DNA from: an uncultured Acidimicrobiia bacterium
GTDB lineage: Bacteria; Actinomycetota; Acidimicrobiia; IMCC26256; CALEDW01
Assembly: GCA_937949585.1 (NCBI GenBank)
Contig: CALEDW010000003.1
Coordinates: 1-38,784, forward strand
DNA length: 38,784 nucleotides
Direction: 5' to 3'
How positions within the stretch are numbered: position 1 is the first letter of the stretch; each line of letters starts with the position of its first letter. A program made the position numbers and the translations under genes. Below the pieces are notes generated by a model, which had not been told where the DNA came from, made no database searches, and worked only from the letters and a program-made list of their open reading frames with translations. Positions 25,879 through 34,332 of this stretch are shown here, piece by piece.

Positions 25879-25907
25879 CGGCGCAGCGTAGGTACGCTGC
25901 GCCGGTG
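25876..25907. promoter_or_regulatory. Perfect 15-2-15 inverted repeat (caccggcgcagcgta gg tacgctgcgccggtg) spanning the whole VIT/ADH intergenic region and both GTG start codons; contains two divergent TACGCT -10 boxes
   Basis: Read directly. The left arm 25876-25890 is the exact reverse complement of the right arm 25893-25907. Confidence 0.85.
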
Positions 25908-27161
25908 CGCGCCCTCATCTTCGCCGCCGAGGGCCACACGGGCGCCGGGGATGTCGGGGCGGAGCCCGGTGACCCGAGACTGGCCACCGCGGCGGCCCTG
26001 CTGCGCCTCGTCGACGTGCCGCCGCCCCGCCCACCCCGGCCCGATTGGGTGGTCGTCGCCCCCCGGCTCACCGGGATCTGCGGGTCCGAGGCCAAGCAGG
26101 CCTTCCTCGACTACGCACCGCTCCGGGCACCCGAGCGGGCCGGGTCGCTCGCCGAGAACCCGATGAAGGGGTTCATCTCGTTCCCCCACGTGCTCGGCCA
26201 CGAGGTCGTCGGCACCGTGGTGGAGACCGGCCCCGAGGCCGACGGACTCTCCCCCGGCGACCGCGTCGTGCTCAACCCCTGGCTCACCTGCGCCCCCCGG
26301 GGGATCGACCCGGTGTGCGGTGCCTGCGCGGCCGGCGACCTGAGCCAGTGCTGGTCGTTCGACCGGGGCGGGATCGCACCGGGGATGCACATCGGGCTGT
26401 GCCGCGACGTGCCGGGCGGGTTCGCCGAGCTGATGACCGCTCACGACTCCATGTGGCACCGGGTGCCCGACGGGCTGCCCGACGAGGCGGCGGTGCTCGC
26501 CGACCCGTTCGCGGTGTCGCTGCACGCCGTCACCCGTCACCCACCTCCACCGGGCGGGCGCGTGCTCGTCTACGGCGCCGGGGCGCTCGGCTGCTGTGCG
26601 GTGGCCGTCCTGCGGGCGCTGCACCCGGACGTCGAGGTCGGCTGCGTCGCCCGCTGGGACGCCCAACGCCGCTTCGTCCTGGCGCTCGGGGCGCGGGTCT
26701 TCGAGCCCGAGCCCCCCGCCGCGCTCGTCGAGGCGCTGGTCGCCTGGGCCGGGGGACGGCTCTGGCCGGCCGACGGCCTGCCGATGGCGCTGCCGGCGGG
26801 CATCGACGTGGTCTACGACACCGTGGGGGCTCCCGATACCCTCGAGGTGGGCTGCCGGGTGCTGCGCAGCCGCGGCACCCTCGTGAAGCTGGGGATGGAC
26901 GGGGCGGCGCGCTGGGAGGACACCCCCGTGTACTTCAAGGAGCTCACCGTCACCGGGTCGAACGCGTTCGGCGTGGAGGAGGTCGAGGGGCGGCGCGCCC
27001 ACGGCATCGACCACTACCTCGACCTGGCCGCCGCGGGGCGGGTCGACCTGGCCGGGATGGTCACCCACACCTTCCCGCTCGACGCCTGGACCGAGGCGTT
27101 CGCGGCCCTGGCCCACCAGGACCGAAGCGGCGCCATCAAGGTGGCCTTCGACCAGCGCTGA
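25905..27161 (+). CDS. Zinc-dependent alcohol dehydrogenase (MDR superfamily)
   Basis: GICGSE, GHEVVGTVVE, structural-zinc Cys cluster CAPRGIDPVCGACAAGDLSQC, Rossmann motif VYGAGALG. Confidence 0.85.
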   Translation: MRALIFAAEGHTGAGDVGAEPGDPRLATAAALLRLVDVPPPRPPRPDWVVVAPRLTGICGSEAKQAFLDYAPLRAPERAGSLAENPMKGFISFPHVLGHEVVGTVVETGPEADGLSPGDRVVLNPWLTCAPRGIDPVCGACAAGDLSQCWSFDRGGIAPGMHIGLCRDVPGGFAELMTAHDSMWHRVPDGLPDEAAVLADPFAVSLHAVTRHPPPPGGRVLVYGAGALGCCAVAVLRALHPDVEVGCVARWDAQRRFVLALGARVFEPEPPAALVEALVAWAGGRLWPADGLPMALPAGIDVVYDTVGAPDTLEVGCRVLRSRGTLVKLGMDGAARWEDTPVYFKELTVTGSNAFGVEEVEGRRAHGIDHYLDLAAAGRVDLAGMVTHTFPLDAWTEAFAALAHQDRSGAIKVAFDQR

Positions 27162-27236
27162 GCCGCGTCGCCGGTCGTCGGGCGGAAGCCCCCGTCCCCC
27201 CGCTACGCTCGGTGGCCTCACGGGGGAGGGGCGCGC

Positions 27237-29645
27237 ATGGGGGCACGGATTGCGATACTCGGCCGACGTGTCGTCCGGCAACGCATCACCCGGAGGCCGA
27301 CGCACGGCGGCTCCCGGGGCGGGATCCCGCACACCGGGAGGTGGGCGGTCCCGATCGTGGTGCTCGCCCTCGTCCTGCAGGGCTGTGCCCTGTACGTCGC
27401 CTCGCAGGCGAACCCCGGTGCGGCCTCCGACGCCGTCCGCATCCTGAGCCCACCGAGCAGGACGCAACTGAGCAGCGTCGACGAGGTGATCGTCACCGTC
27501 GCGCTCGACGGCATCGACCCGGAGACGCTGCGGGCCCTGTGGGTCACCGGCACCGACTTCGCCGACACCCGCCGGGTCACCGGGCGCTTCACGGTGCACG
27601 GCGGCGTCGCCACCGCCACCTTCGGGCCCGCCGACTTCGCCCCCGGGCTCACCTGGCTGCGGGTCTCGGGCGTCCCGATCGGCGGCGGGGAGCGCATCCA
27701 GCGCGACGCGGTGTGGTCCTGGGAGCCCGACCTGGACCTCGCCGACGCGGACCGCTGCGAGTTCCTCGGGCAGAGCCGCTGCGCGCTGCCGTTCCCCTCC
27801 GACCGCTTCACCCGTCGGGATGCGGCCACCGACACCGGCCGGCGGGTCCGGTTCCCTGCGGCGTCGATGCCGACGAACACCTCGGGCACCCCGATCGACG
27901 TGACCGAGTGGAACCGCAACGACGGCTTCTCACCGGGCACCCCGATCGTGCTCCACGTGCCCGGCGTCGACCTCGAGGTCACGGGAGCCGCACCGATCAC
28001 CGACATCGGGCGCTCCCTCGATCCCGACTCGCCGATCGTGCTGCTCGACGCCGAGACGGGAGAGCGATACCCCCACTTCGCGGAGCTCGACGCCACCGCC
28101 GCCGGCGACGCCACCCGGGCCCTCATCGTCCGTCCGGCCCGGAACTTCCCGGCCGGGCACCGCATCATCGTGGCCGTGCGGAACCTGCGCCGCGCCGACG
28201 GCTCGGTGATCCCGGCCGCCCGGGAGTTCGCGGTCTACCGCGACTTCGTGCCCACGTTCCTCCCCGTGGTGGAGCAGCGCCGGGCCGCGATGCACGACGT
28301 GCTCGCCCGCCTCCACGGCGCCGGCGTCGACCTGCGCGAGCTGTACCTGGCGTGGGACTTCACCGTGGCCTCCACCCGCTCGCTCACCGAACGGGCCCTG
28401 CACATCCGCGACGACGCCCTGGCCGCGCTGGACGGCGGCGCGCCCGCGTTCACCGTGACCTCGGTGACCGACGAGGTCTCCTCGACGCTCTGGCGCCGGG
28501 TCCGGGGCACGTTCGAGGCCCCCAACTACCTCACCGGAACCGGCGGACCCGGGTCGCGGTTCCACTACCCGCCGGGTGCCGGCCCCGACGCGTTACCCAC
28601 GCGGAACGGCACGATGGACGTACCGTTCGTGTGCAACATCCCCCGTTCGGTCAGCCCGTCCGCCGACGGACCGGTCGCCCCGGGCCGGGCCCTGGTGTAC
28701 GGGCACGGCCTGCTCGGCTCCCGGGACGAGGTCAACGGGTTCGGGCCGCTCGCCGACGCGGCACGGATGGTGATGTGCGCCACCGACTGGATCGGCATGT
28801 CCGCCGAGGACGTGCCCAACGTCGCGGGCATCCTCGCCGACCTCTCGCTCTTCCCGACCATGGCCGACCGGGTGCAGCAGAGCTTCCTCAACCAGATCCT
28901 GCTGGCCCGGCTCATGCGCTCACCGGCCGGGTTCGTCACCCACCCGGCGTTCCGGGCCGGTACGCCGCCCACCGGGGTGATCGCCACCGGCGAGGTGTTC
29001 TTCAACGGCAACAGCCAGGGTGGCATCCTCGGGGGGGCGGCCACCGCGCTGTCCACCGAGTGGACCCGGGCGGTGTTGGGGGTCCCGGCCATGAACTACT
29101 CCACCATGCTCACCCGCTCGAAGCACTGGGACACCTTCGGGCCGCTCAGCCGGGCCGCGTACCCCGACGACCTCGACCAGGTGATCGGCTTCGCCTTCAC
29201 CCAGATGCTGTGGGACCGGGCCGAGGCCAACGGGTACGTCGCCCACATGACCACCGACCCGTTGCCCGGTACACCCCCGCACCAGGTCATGCTCGTGGAG
29301 GCCTTCGGGGACTTCCAGGTCGCCAACATCGCCACCGAGACCGAGGCCCGCAGCGCCCCCGGGATGCGGGTGTGGCGTCCTGCCCTGCGCGAGGGCCGAA
29401 CCCCCGACGTCACCCAGGTCTGGGGGGTTCCGGGCGTCGACACCCTCCCCTGGACCGGCAGCGTCCTGGTGATCTGGGATTACGGCACGCCGCCGCCGCC
29501 GACCACCAACACCCCGCCCCGTGAGGGCAGCGACCCACACGGCCTCGGTCGGAACAATCCCGTCCTGCTGGAGCAGATCGACCGGTTCTTGCGCACCGAC
29601 GGCTCGTTCGTGGACCTGTGCGGTGGTCCGTGCTTCGTGCCCTGA
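27237..29645 (+). CDS. Large putative lipoprotein with a C-terminal alpha/beta-hydrolase-like domain; family unknown
   Basis: Signal plus lipobox-like VVLALVLQGC. Nucleophile elbow FFNGNSQGGILGG (GxSxG). Candidate Asp (VEAFGDFQV) and His (GSDPHG). SD GGGGGAGGGG lies upstream. Confidence 0.6.
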   Translation: MGARIAILGRRVVRQRITRRPTHGGSRGGIPHTGRWAVPIVVLALVLQGCALYVASQANPGAASDAVRILSPPSRTQLSSVDEVIVTVALDGIDPETLRALWVTGTDFADTRRVTGRFTVHGGVATATFGPADFAPGLTWLRVSGVPIGGGERIQRDAVWSWEPDLDLADADRCEFLGQSRCALPFPSDRFTRRDAATDTGRRVRFPAASMPTNTSGTPIDVTEWNRNDGFSPGTPIVLHVPGVDLEVTGAAPITDIGRSLDPDSPIVLLDAETGERYPHFAELDATAAGDATRALIVRPARNFPAGHRIIVAVRNLRRADGSVIPAAREFAVYRDFVPTFLPVVEQRRAAMHDVLARLHGAGVDLRELYLAWDFTVASTRSLTERALHIRDDALAALDGGAPAFTVTSVTDEVSSTLWRRVRGTFEAPNYLTGTGGPGSRFHYPPGAGPDALPTRNGTMDVPFVCNIPRSVSPSADGPVAPGRALVYGHGLLGSRDEVNGFGPLADAARMVMCATDWIGMSAEDVPNVAGILADLSLFPTMADRVQQSFLNQILLARLMRSPAGFVTHPAFRAGTPPTGVIATGEVFFNGNSQGGILGGAATALSTEWTRAVLGVPAMNYSTMLTRSKHWDTFGPLSRAAYPDDLDQVIGFAFTQMLWDRAEANGYVAHMTTDPLPGTPPHQVMLVEAFGDFQVANIATETEARSAPGMRVWRPALREGRTPDVTQVWGVPGVDTLPWTGSVLVIWDYGTPPPPTTNTPPREGSDPHGLGRNNPVLLEQIDRFLRTDGSFVDLCGGPCFVP

Positions 29646-29695
29646 CCCCGGGTACGGCGCGGGAACCCACGACCCGTCTCCGACGACCACCTGGC

Positions 29696-30082
29696 ATGGT
29701 TCCGGGGTCCCCCGTGCGCCCGTCAGGGGCCGGACGCAGCGGCGTGGCCGTGATCGCCACCGTGATCGCCACCGTGATCGCCGCCCTCGCCGTCCCCGCC
29801 TGCGGAGGCGGGGGCGGGGGCACCAGGGTCGACGAGACCTCCAGCGGCCGGGAGCTGTTCGTCGCCCTCTGCGCCCGCTGCCACGGGCGGAACGGGGAAG
29901 GCGGCGTCGGTCCGCAGCTCTCGGACGGACGCGTCCTGGAACGCTTCCCGGACGAGGCCGACCAGATCGCCTTCGTCCGGCGGGGACGGGGTGCGATGCC
30001 GGCGTTCGGGCGCCAGCTCGGCCCTCGCCAGATCGAACGGGTCGTGCGCTACACGCGGACCGAGCTCCAGACCCGCCGCTGA
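29696..30082 (+). CDS. Class I c-type cytochrome, membrane-anchored or lipoprotein
   Basis: CARCHG heme-binding CxxCH, distal Met in GRGAMPAF, signal MVPGSPVRPSGAGRSGVAVIATVIATVIAALAVPAC. The start could instead be GTG 29618. Confidence 0.75.
   Translation: MVPGSPVRPSGAGRSGVAVIATVIATVIAALAVPACGGGGGGTRVDETSSGRELFVALCARCHGRNGEGGVGPQLSDGRVLERFPDEADQIAFVRRGRGAMPAFGRQLGPRQIERVVRYTRTELQTRR
29750..29785. repeat. 12-nt in-frame tandem repeat x3 (gtgatcgccacc, gtgatcgccacc, gtgatcgccgcc) encoding VIAT VIAT VIAA
   Basis: Read directly, inside the cytochrome c signal/anchor segment. Confidence 0.9.
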
Positions 30083-30098
30083 CGCGGCACGACGCAGC

Positions 30099-31370
30099 TC
30101 AGGACGGTACGAGGCGGGTCTCGCCGGAGGTCGGCTCGGCCGTCCCACCCGGCACCGCGGCAGGGTGCTCGAGGCGCCACCACGCCCAGGCCGCGGTCAG
30201 CAGTGCCGCCAGCGCGCCGAGCACCAGGCCGGCCCGGGGTCCGGCCAGATCCGAGACCCATCCCACGACCGGACCCCCGACCGGGGTGCTGCCCAGGAAC
30301 GCCACCGCGAACAGCGCGGCGACCCGGCCCCGGTAGGCAGGGTCGGCCCGGGTCTGGGCCAGTGCACCGGCCGAGGACAAGAACGCAACGCTCGCCGCAC
30401 CCATCGGCACGAGCCCGGCGACGGCCACCGGCAGGCTGGGAGCCGCCGAAACCGCCAGCATCAGTACCCCGAACGCGAACGCCGCCGCGACGACGAAGCG
30501 GCGGGTGGCCCGCGCCCGCTGCGCCACCGCCAACGAACCCGCGACCGCGCCGACGCTCATGAGCGCGTACATCCCTCCGAACAACCCCGCGTCCCCGTCG
30601 AAGACCCGACGGGCCAGCAACGACAAGGTGATCTGGAAGTTGAACGACAGCGTGCCGATCACGGCGGTCATGGTCAGCACCAGGCGCAGGGCGGGGTGCG
30701 CCCAGACGTAGCGGAACCCTTCGCGCAGCTGTCCGGGTGCCCGCGGGGCGGGCGGGGCGGCGCGGATCGCCCGGCGGTCCATCGCGACCAGCGCCCCGAT
30801 CACCGCGACGAACGACAGCGCGTTGGCGATGAAGCACCAGGCCAGCCCGGCGGCTGAGATCACGACGCCGGCCGAGGCGGGCCCGATCACGCGGGCGGCG
30901 GTGAACACCGACGAGTTCAGGCTCACCGCGTTGGCCTCGTCGGCCTCGGGTACGAGCTCGGTGACGAACGAACGTCGGGCCGGGCTGTCCAGCGCCGTCG
31001 CCACCCCCAGGAGCGCGGCGAGCAGGTACACCATCCAGAGGGTCACCCGGTCGGTGGCCACCAGGATCCCCAGCGTCCCGGCGCACACCGCGGCCCCCGT
31101 CGAGGTCGCGACGAGCAGGCGCCGTTTGTCGAGGCGGTCGGCGAGCAATCCGGCCCAGGCCCCGCCCAGGAGCACCGGCAGGAACTGCAACGCGGTGGTG
31201 ATGCCCAGGGCGGTGCCGCTGCGGGTGAGCTGCAGGACGAGCCAGACCTGGCCGACCTGCTGCATCCAGCTGCCGCTGGCGGAGACCACCTGGCCGAAGA
31301 AGTAGAGGCGGTAGTTGTGCCAGCGCAACGACCGGAACGTGCGGCGCCCGACCCGGGCCAGCCCGATCAT
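30099..31370 (-). CDS. MFS transporter (MFS_3/EntS-like)
   Basis: FRSLRWHNYRLYFFGQVVSASGSWMQQV..WLV, GLLADRLDKRRLL, about 12 TM segments. ATG 31370 overlaps the marR stop (ATGA). Confidence 0.85.
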   Translation of the reverse strand: MIGLARVGRRTFRSLRWHNYRLYFFGQVVSASGSWMQQVGQVWLVLQLTRSGTALGITTALQFLPVLLGGAWAGLLADRLDKRRLLVATSTGAAVCAGTLGILVATDRVTLWMVYLLAALLGVATALDSPARRSFVTELVPEADEANAVSLNSSVFTAARVIGPASAGVVISAAGLAWCFIANALSFVAVIGALVAMDRRAIRAAPPAPRAPGQLREGFRYVWAHPALRLVLTMTAVIGTLSFNFQITLSLLARRVFDGDAGLFGGMYALMSVGAVAGSLAVAQRARATRRFVVAAAFAFGVLMLAVSAAPSLPVAVAGLVPMGAASVAFLSSAGALAQTRADPAYRGRVAALFAVAFLGSTPVGGPVVGWVSDLAGPRAGLVLGALAALLTAAWAWWRLEHPAAVPGGTAEPTSGETRLVPS

Positions 31371-31912
31371 CGCCCGGGGGCCCCGGGCGCATGCGTCGGG
31401 GGCGCCCCGGCGACCGTCGCTGCCAGCAGGCGCTCGAGGATCGCCACGGCCTGGTCGAGGACCGCCCGTTCGCCCGGGTCGAGCCGCTCCAAGGCTTCGG
31501 AGAGCAGCGCGTCCTTCCGGGAGCGGCTGCGGGCCAACACCCGCCGACCGGCCGGCGTGACCGTCACGACCACACAGCGGCGGTCTCGGCCGTCGGGACG
31601 TCGCCTGACCAGGCCCTGGCGTTCCAGGCGGTCGACGGCCGTGGTGATCGTCGGTGGGCGAAGGTGCTCCGCCTCGGCGAGGGTGCCCGGGCTCACGGGT
31701 CCCAACCGTTCGATCGTGCTCAGCAGCGCAGCCTGGGTGGGGGTGAGCGACTCGCCGGTGCCGACCCGGCGCAACCGCCGGGCCAGGCGTGTGACGACCA
31801 GGCGGAGCCGCGGCGCCAGCACCTCGGCCCGCTCCGTGCCGGGGACCTCGAGCCCGTACTCCGCTCTCACCGCACCCCGATCATCTGGTTCCGATCGCCC
31901 CGTCCCGATCAA
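31367..31912 (-). CDS. MarR-family transcriptional regulator; start uncertain (TTG 31912 or GTG 31870)
   Basis: LTPTQAALLSTIERLGPVSPGTLAEAE.L.PPT.T..VDRLERQGLVRR.PD..DRR is a winged-helix MarR signature. Confidence 0.85.
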   Translation of the reverse strand: MIGTGRSEPDDRGAVRAEYGLEVPGTERAEVLAPRLRLVVTRLARRLRRVGTGESLTPTQAALLSTIERLGPVSPGTLAEAEHLRPPTITTAVDRLERQGLVRRRPDGRDRRCVVVTVTPAGRRVLARSRSRKDALLSEALERLDPGERAVLDQAVAILERLLAATVAGAPPTHAPGAPGR

Positions 31913-31923
31913 CCCATCCGGTC

Positions 31924-31944
31924 ATTTCGTTCGCCCAACGAAAT
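31924..31944. promoter_or_regulatory. Candidate MarR operator: 8-5-8 perfect inverted repeat ATTTCGTT cgccc AACGAAAT, next to a TAATAT -10 box (minus strand, 31948-31943)
   Basis: Read directly in an AT-rich island immediately upstream of the marR-MFS operon. Confidence 0.5.
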
Positions 31945-31997
31945 ATTAGCGGGGCGACCGGCGCGATCCCCCCGGCGACCCGGAAGGGGGTCCGGTT

Positions 31998-32702
31998 TCA
32001 GTACAGCGGCGACCAGGGCGCCGTGCGCAGCAGCCGGCTCTCCCAATCGTCCCGCACGGCCAGCGCGTCGTGCATCCAGGTCCCCGGGCCCCGGTGCTCG
32101 GGCGGTACCTCGGCGCCGAAGAGGGCCACGAGGCGCTTGACGTCCATCACCTGCTGCCAGAGGACGACCTCACGCCGACGGGCCCCGGTCCCCCAGGCGG
32201 GGCGGAACACCGCCTCCAGGTGCAGCAGCGGCCGCCCGCCGGCCTTCAGCGCCGGCAGGTAGTTGTCCCTCGCCGCGTCCAGGTACGCCTCCACCTTGCC
32301 CTCGAACGGCCAGGCGGTGTCCTCGAGGAACAGGGTCGTGCGGTGCTCGGCGCCGTCGGTGGGCACCCGGTCGAGGTTCACCTCCTGCAGCGGCGACCAG
32401 TCCACCGGGATGAGCACCTTCGCGGTGACGTCGTGGCGCAGCGAATCGACGTGGCGGACCCAGGTCGTGAGGTCGCCCGACTCGATGCGCCGGACCAGCT
32501 CGCCCCAGGCCCCGGCGTCGGTGACGGCGGTGATCGTCACCACGTTGTAGGCCCGGCCCGTCCCGTGGGCGTGCCGCAGGTAGTAGAGGAGACGGGCGTG
32601 ATCGGTCTCGGCGAGGGTCGGGAGCCAACCGCAGCGGAACGCCTGCTCGAAGGCGTCCTCGTGGGCACCGATCACCCGGTGCGTCTCGTGCACGAACAGC
32701 AT
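31998..32702 (-). CDS. Hypothetical protein, apparently two tandem ferredoxin-like (dimeric alpha/beta-barrel, NIPSNAP-like) halves
   Basis: High third-position G/C. ATG 32702 with a GGAGG SD 4 nt upstream. The two halves have similar patterns. The family call is weak. Confidence 0.45.
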   Translation of the reverse strand: MLFVHETHRVIGAHEDAFEQAFRCGWLPTLAETDHARLLYYLRHAHGTGRAYNVVTITAVTDAGAWGELVRRIESGDLTTWVRHVDSLRHDVTAKVLIPVDWSPLQEVNLDRVPTDGAEHRTTLFLEDTAWPFEGKVEAYLDAARDNYLPALKAGGRPLLHLEAVFRPAWGTGARRREVVLWQQVMDVKRLVALFGAEVPPEHRGPGTWMHDALAVRDDWESRLLRTAPWSPLY

Positions 32703-32789
32703 CGACCCTCCCCGTCCTGGTGATCATGCCACCGGACGAGGGCTCGACGGTCCGCCGAGCCGGACGACCCCGGACGACCCCGAGAGGAG

Positions 32790-32866
32790 TGGTGGAGGTG
32801 AGCGGATTTGAACCGCCGACTTCTACGTTGCGAACGTAGCGCTCTGCCAGGCTGAGCTACACCCCC
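32790..32866 (-). tRNA. tRNA-Ala (anticodon CGC), CCA encoded
   Basis: The reverse complement is GGGGGTGTAGCTCAGCCTGGCAGAGCGCTACGTTCGCAACGTAGAAGTCGGCGGTTCAAATCCGCTCACCTCCACCA. It has the G3:U70 Ala identity pair and anticodon loop TTCGCAA. Confidence 0.95.
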
Positions 32867-34242
32867 AGCGACCCCGAGGATACCAATGCGGGCCGCGCCC
32901 CCGACCGGGATGCGTCGCCGGGCGGTCGGCGACGGTCGGCGGCGAGGTCCTCGACCATCCCGGAGCGGCACCAGGCCGGGGTGTTCACCGGGTTGCAGCG
33001 CAGGGGCGACCCACCCGGGATCGTCACGACGTACGGCGTGCCGAAGGCGCGACCGGGCACTGGGAAGTCGGTCGACACCCAGTGAGCGCCGGACGCCAGG
33101 GCCACCTCGGCCCGACGCCGGTCGTCGGCCCGGGCCTCCCACGTGTCGGCGTCGGCCCGGGTACGCACCAGGTACCCGGCGTCGACGAGCTCGGCGATGT
33201 CGGCCGGCGGGTCGTTGCGTTTCACGAACGCGGCATCGGGATCGCCGGGCGAGGAGTTGGTGAACAGCACCGCGCCCTCGAGTGACGGTCGTCCCTGCCG
33301 GTAGGCGTGGCGCTTGGCCCCGGCGTTGTCCATGAGGAAGATCACCCGACCCCGCAGCGTCTCCAGGCGGGGCCATCCGTCCCGGAGGACCGCTTCCCGC
33401 AGGGTGGTCCGCCGCCCGCGCACGTCGTCGGGGGTCACGAGGCGCCCGGGGGGGAAGATCGAGCGGATCTCGGCGTCGAGCTGGTCCATCGCCGCCCGGG
33501 TCCACGGCCGGATCGGGGTGGGCAAGCCGTAGTCGTCGTCCTTCAGCTCGACGAGCACGGCGATCGGGGCGTGCCGCCGGTGCGCATCGGACCACCCCCG
33601 GATCACCCGCAAGCACTCGACGAGGCGAACACAGGTCGTGCCCGCATCGACGTCGGGCACGTGCGCCACGAAGTGACCGGCGGGGTCGACGAACACGTCG
33701 AGCTCGAGCTGACGGATCCCCTCCTCGCTCAGCTGCACGTCGAGTGGACTGTGCGTGTACTGCCACTGCAGCACCCCGTTCCACGGTGGATCGGTGGGGG
33801 CGACGTGGTAGCTGTTGTGGCTGCCCAGTCCCTGGAGCTGGTTGAGACGCAGCGCGGTGTCCAGCACGGCCGTCCCGTGCCGGCGCCGGTGACCGGCCCG
33901 GACCGTGGCCACCAGCACGTGCCGACCCGGTGGGATCACCTCGCCGGACAGGGTGATCCGGGCGGGGGAACGCGAGGTGACCGACACGAGCGGGGAGCCG
34001 ACCACCCGGTCGAGGCGGACTTCGAACGTCGCCGTCGTGTCGCCGAGCCGGTCGGCGCGCACCTCCACGACCCGCGCGCCCCCGGCCCGGGGCGGTCCGA
34101 CGACCACCTCCACCCTCTGATCCCGGGCCCAGCGGAGCGGCAGGCACCCGGTGACCGCCACCGCCGCTCCGACGAGCAGCACACCCGCCACCCGCGCCGG
34201 TCGCCGCGGTGCGGCGCAGGTCCCCGGACGCCGTGCCCGCAT
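32857..34242 (-). CDS. Ca2+-dependent phosphoinositide-specific phospholipase C-like (PI-PLC X-domain) lipoprotein
   Basis: Lipobox AVAVTGC, LGSHNSYH catalytic motif, GAHWVSTDFP. ATG 34242 with a GGCGGAG SD. The stop TAG lies inside tRNA-Ala. Confidence 0.72.
   Translation of the reverse strand: MRARRPGTCAAPRRPARVAGVLLVGAAVAVTGCLPLRWARDQRVEVVVGPPRAGGARVVEVRADRLGDTTATFEVRLDRVVGSPLVSVTSRSPARITLSGEVIPPGRHVLVATVRAGHRRRHGTAVLDTALRLNQLQGLGSHNSYHVAPTDPPWNGVLQWQYTHSPLDVQLSEEGIRQLELDVFVDPAGHFVAHVPDVDAGTTCVRLVECLRVIRGWSDAHRRHAPIAVLVELKDDDYGLPTPIRPWTRAAMDQLDAEIRSIFPPGRLVTPDDVRGRRTTLREAVLRDGWPRLETLRGRVIFLMDNAGAKRHAYRQGRPSLEGAVLFTNSSPGDPDAAFVKRNDPPADIAELVDAGYLVRTRADADTWEARADDRRRAEVALASGAHWVSTDFPVPGRAFGTPYVVTIPGGSPLRCNPVNTPAWCRSGMVEDLAADRRRPPGDASRSGARPALVSSGSLGV
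32877..32885 (-). promoter_or_regulatory. Candidate extended -10 (TGgTATCCT on the minus strand) for tRNA-Ala, inside the PI-PLC coding tail
   Basis: The TATCCT hexamer ends 10 nt upstream of the mature tRNA 5' end and is preceded by TGG. Confidence 0.4.
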
Positions 34243-34332
34243 CTCCGCCCCCCTTGCAGCCCCTCCCCGGGCCGGCTGCCACCGTATCCGAGGCGACGGG
34301 CGGGTCGCGCCCGGCTCGACGCGGGGTACCGG

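Noticed and set aside
25876-25907. IdeR/DtxR iron box in the VIT/ADH palindrome
   Set aside because: Only the central TAGGTA resembles half of the TWAGGTWAGSCTWACCTWA consensus, and the GC-rich arms do not match.
32703-32866. tRNA-Ala or tRNA-Gln as the attachment site of a genomic island
   Set aside because: No integrase is present, and I could not find a second copy of either tRNA 3' end in the window. The 10-nt direct repeat after tRNA-Ala is local.
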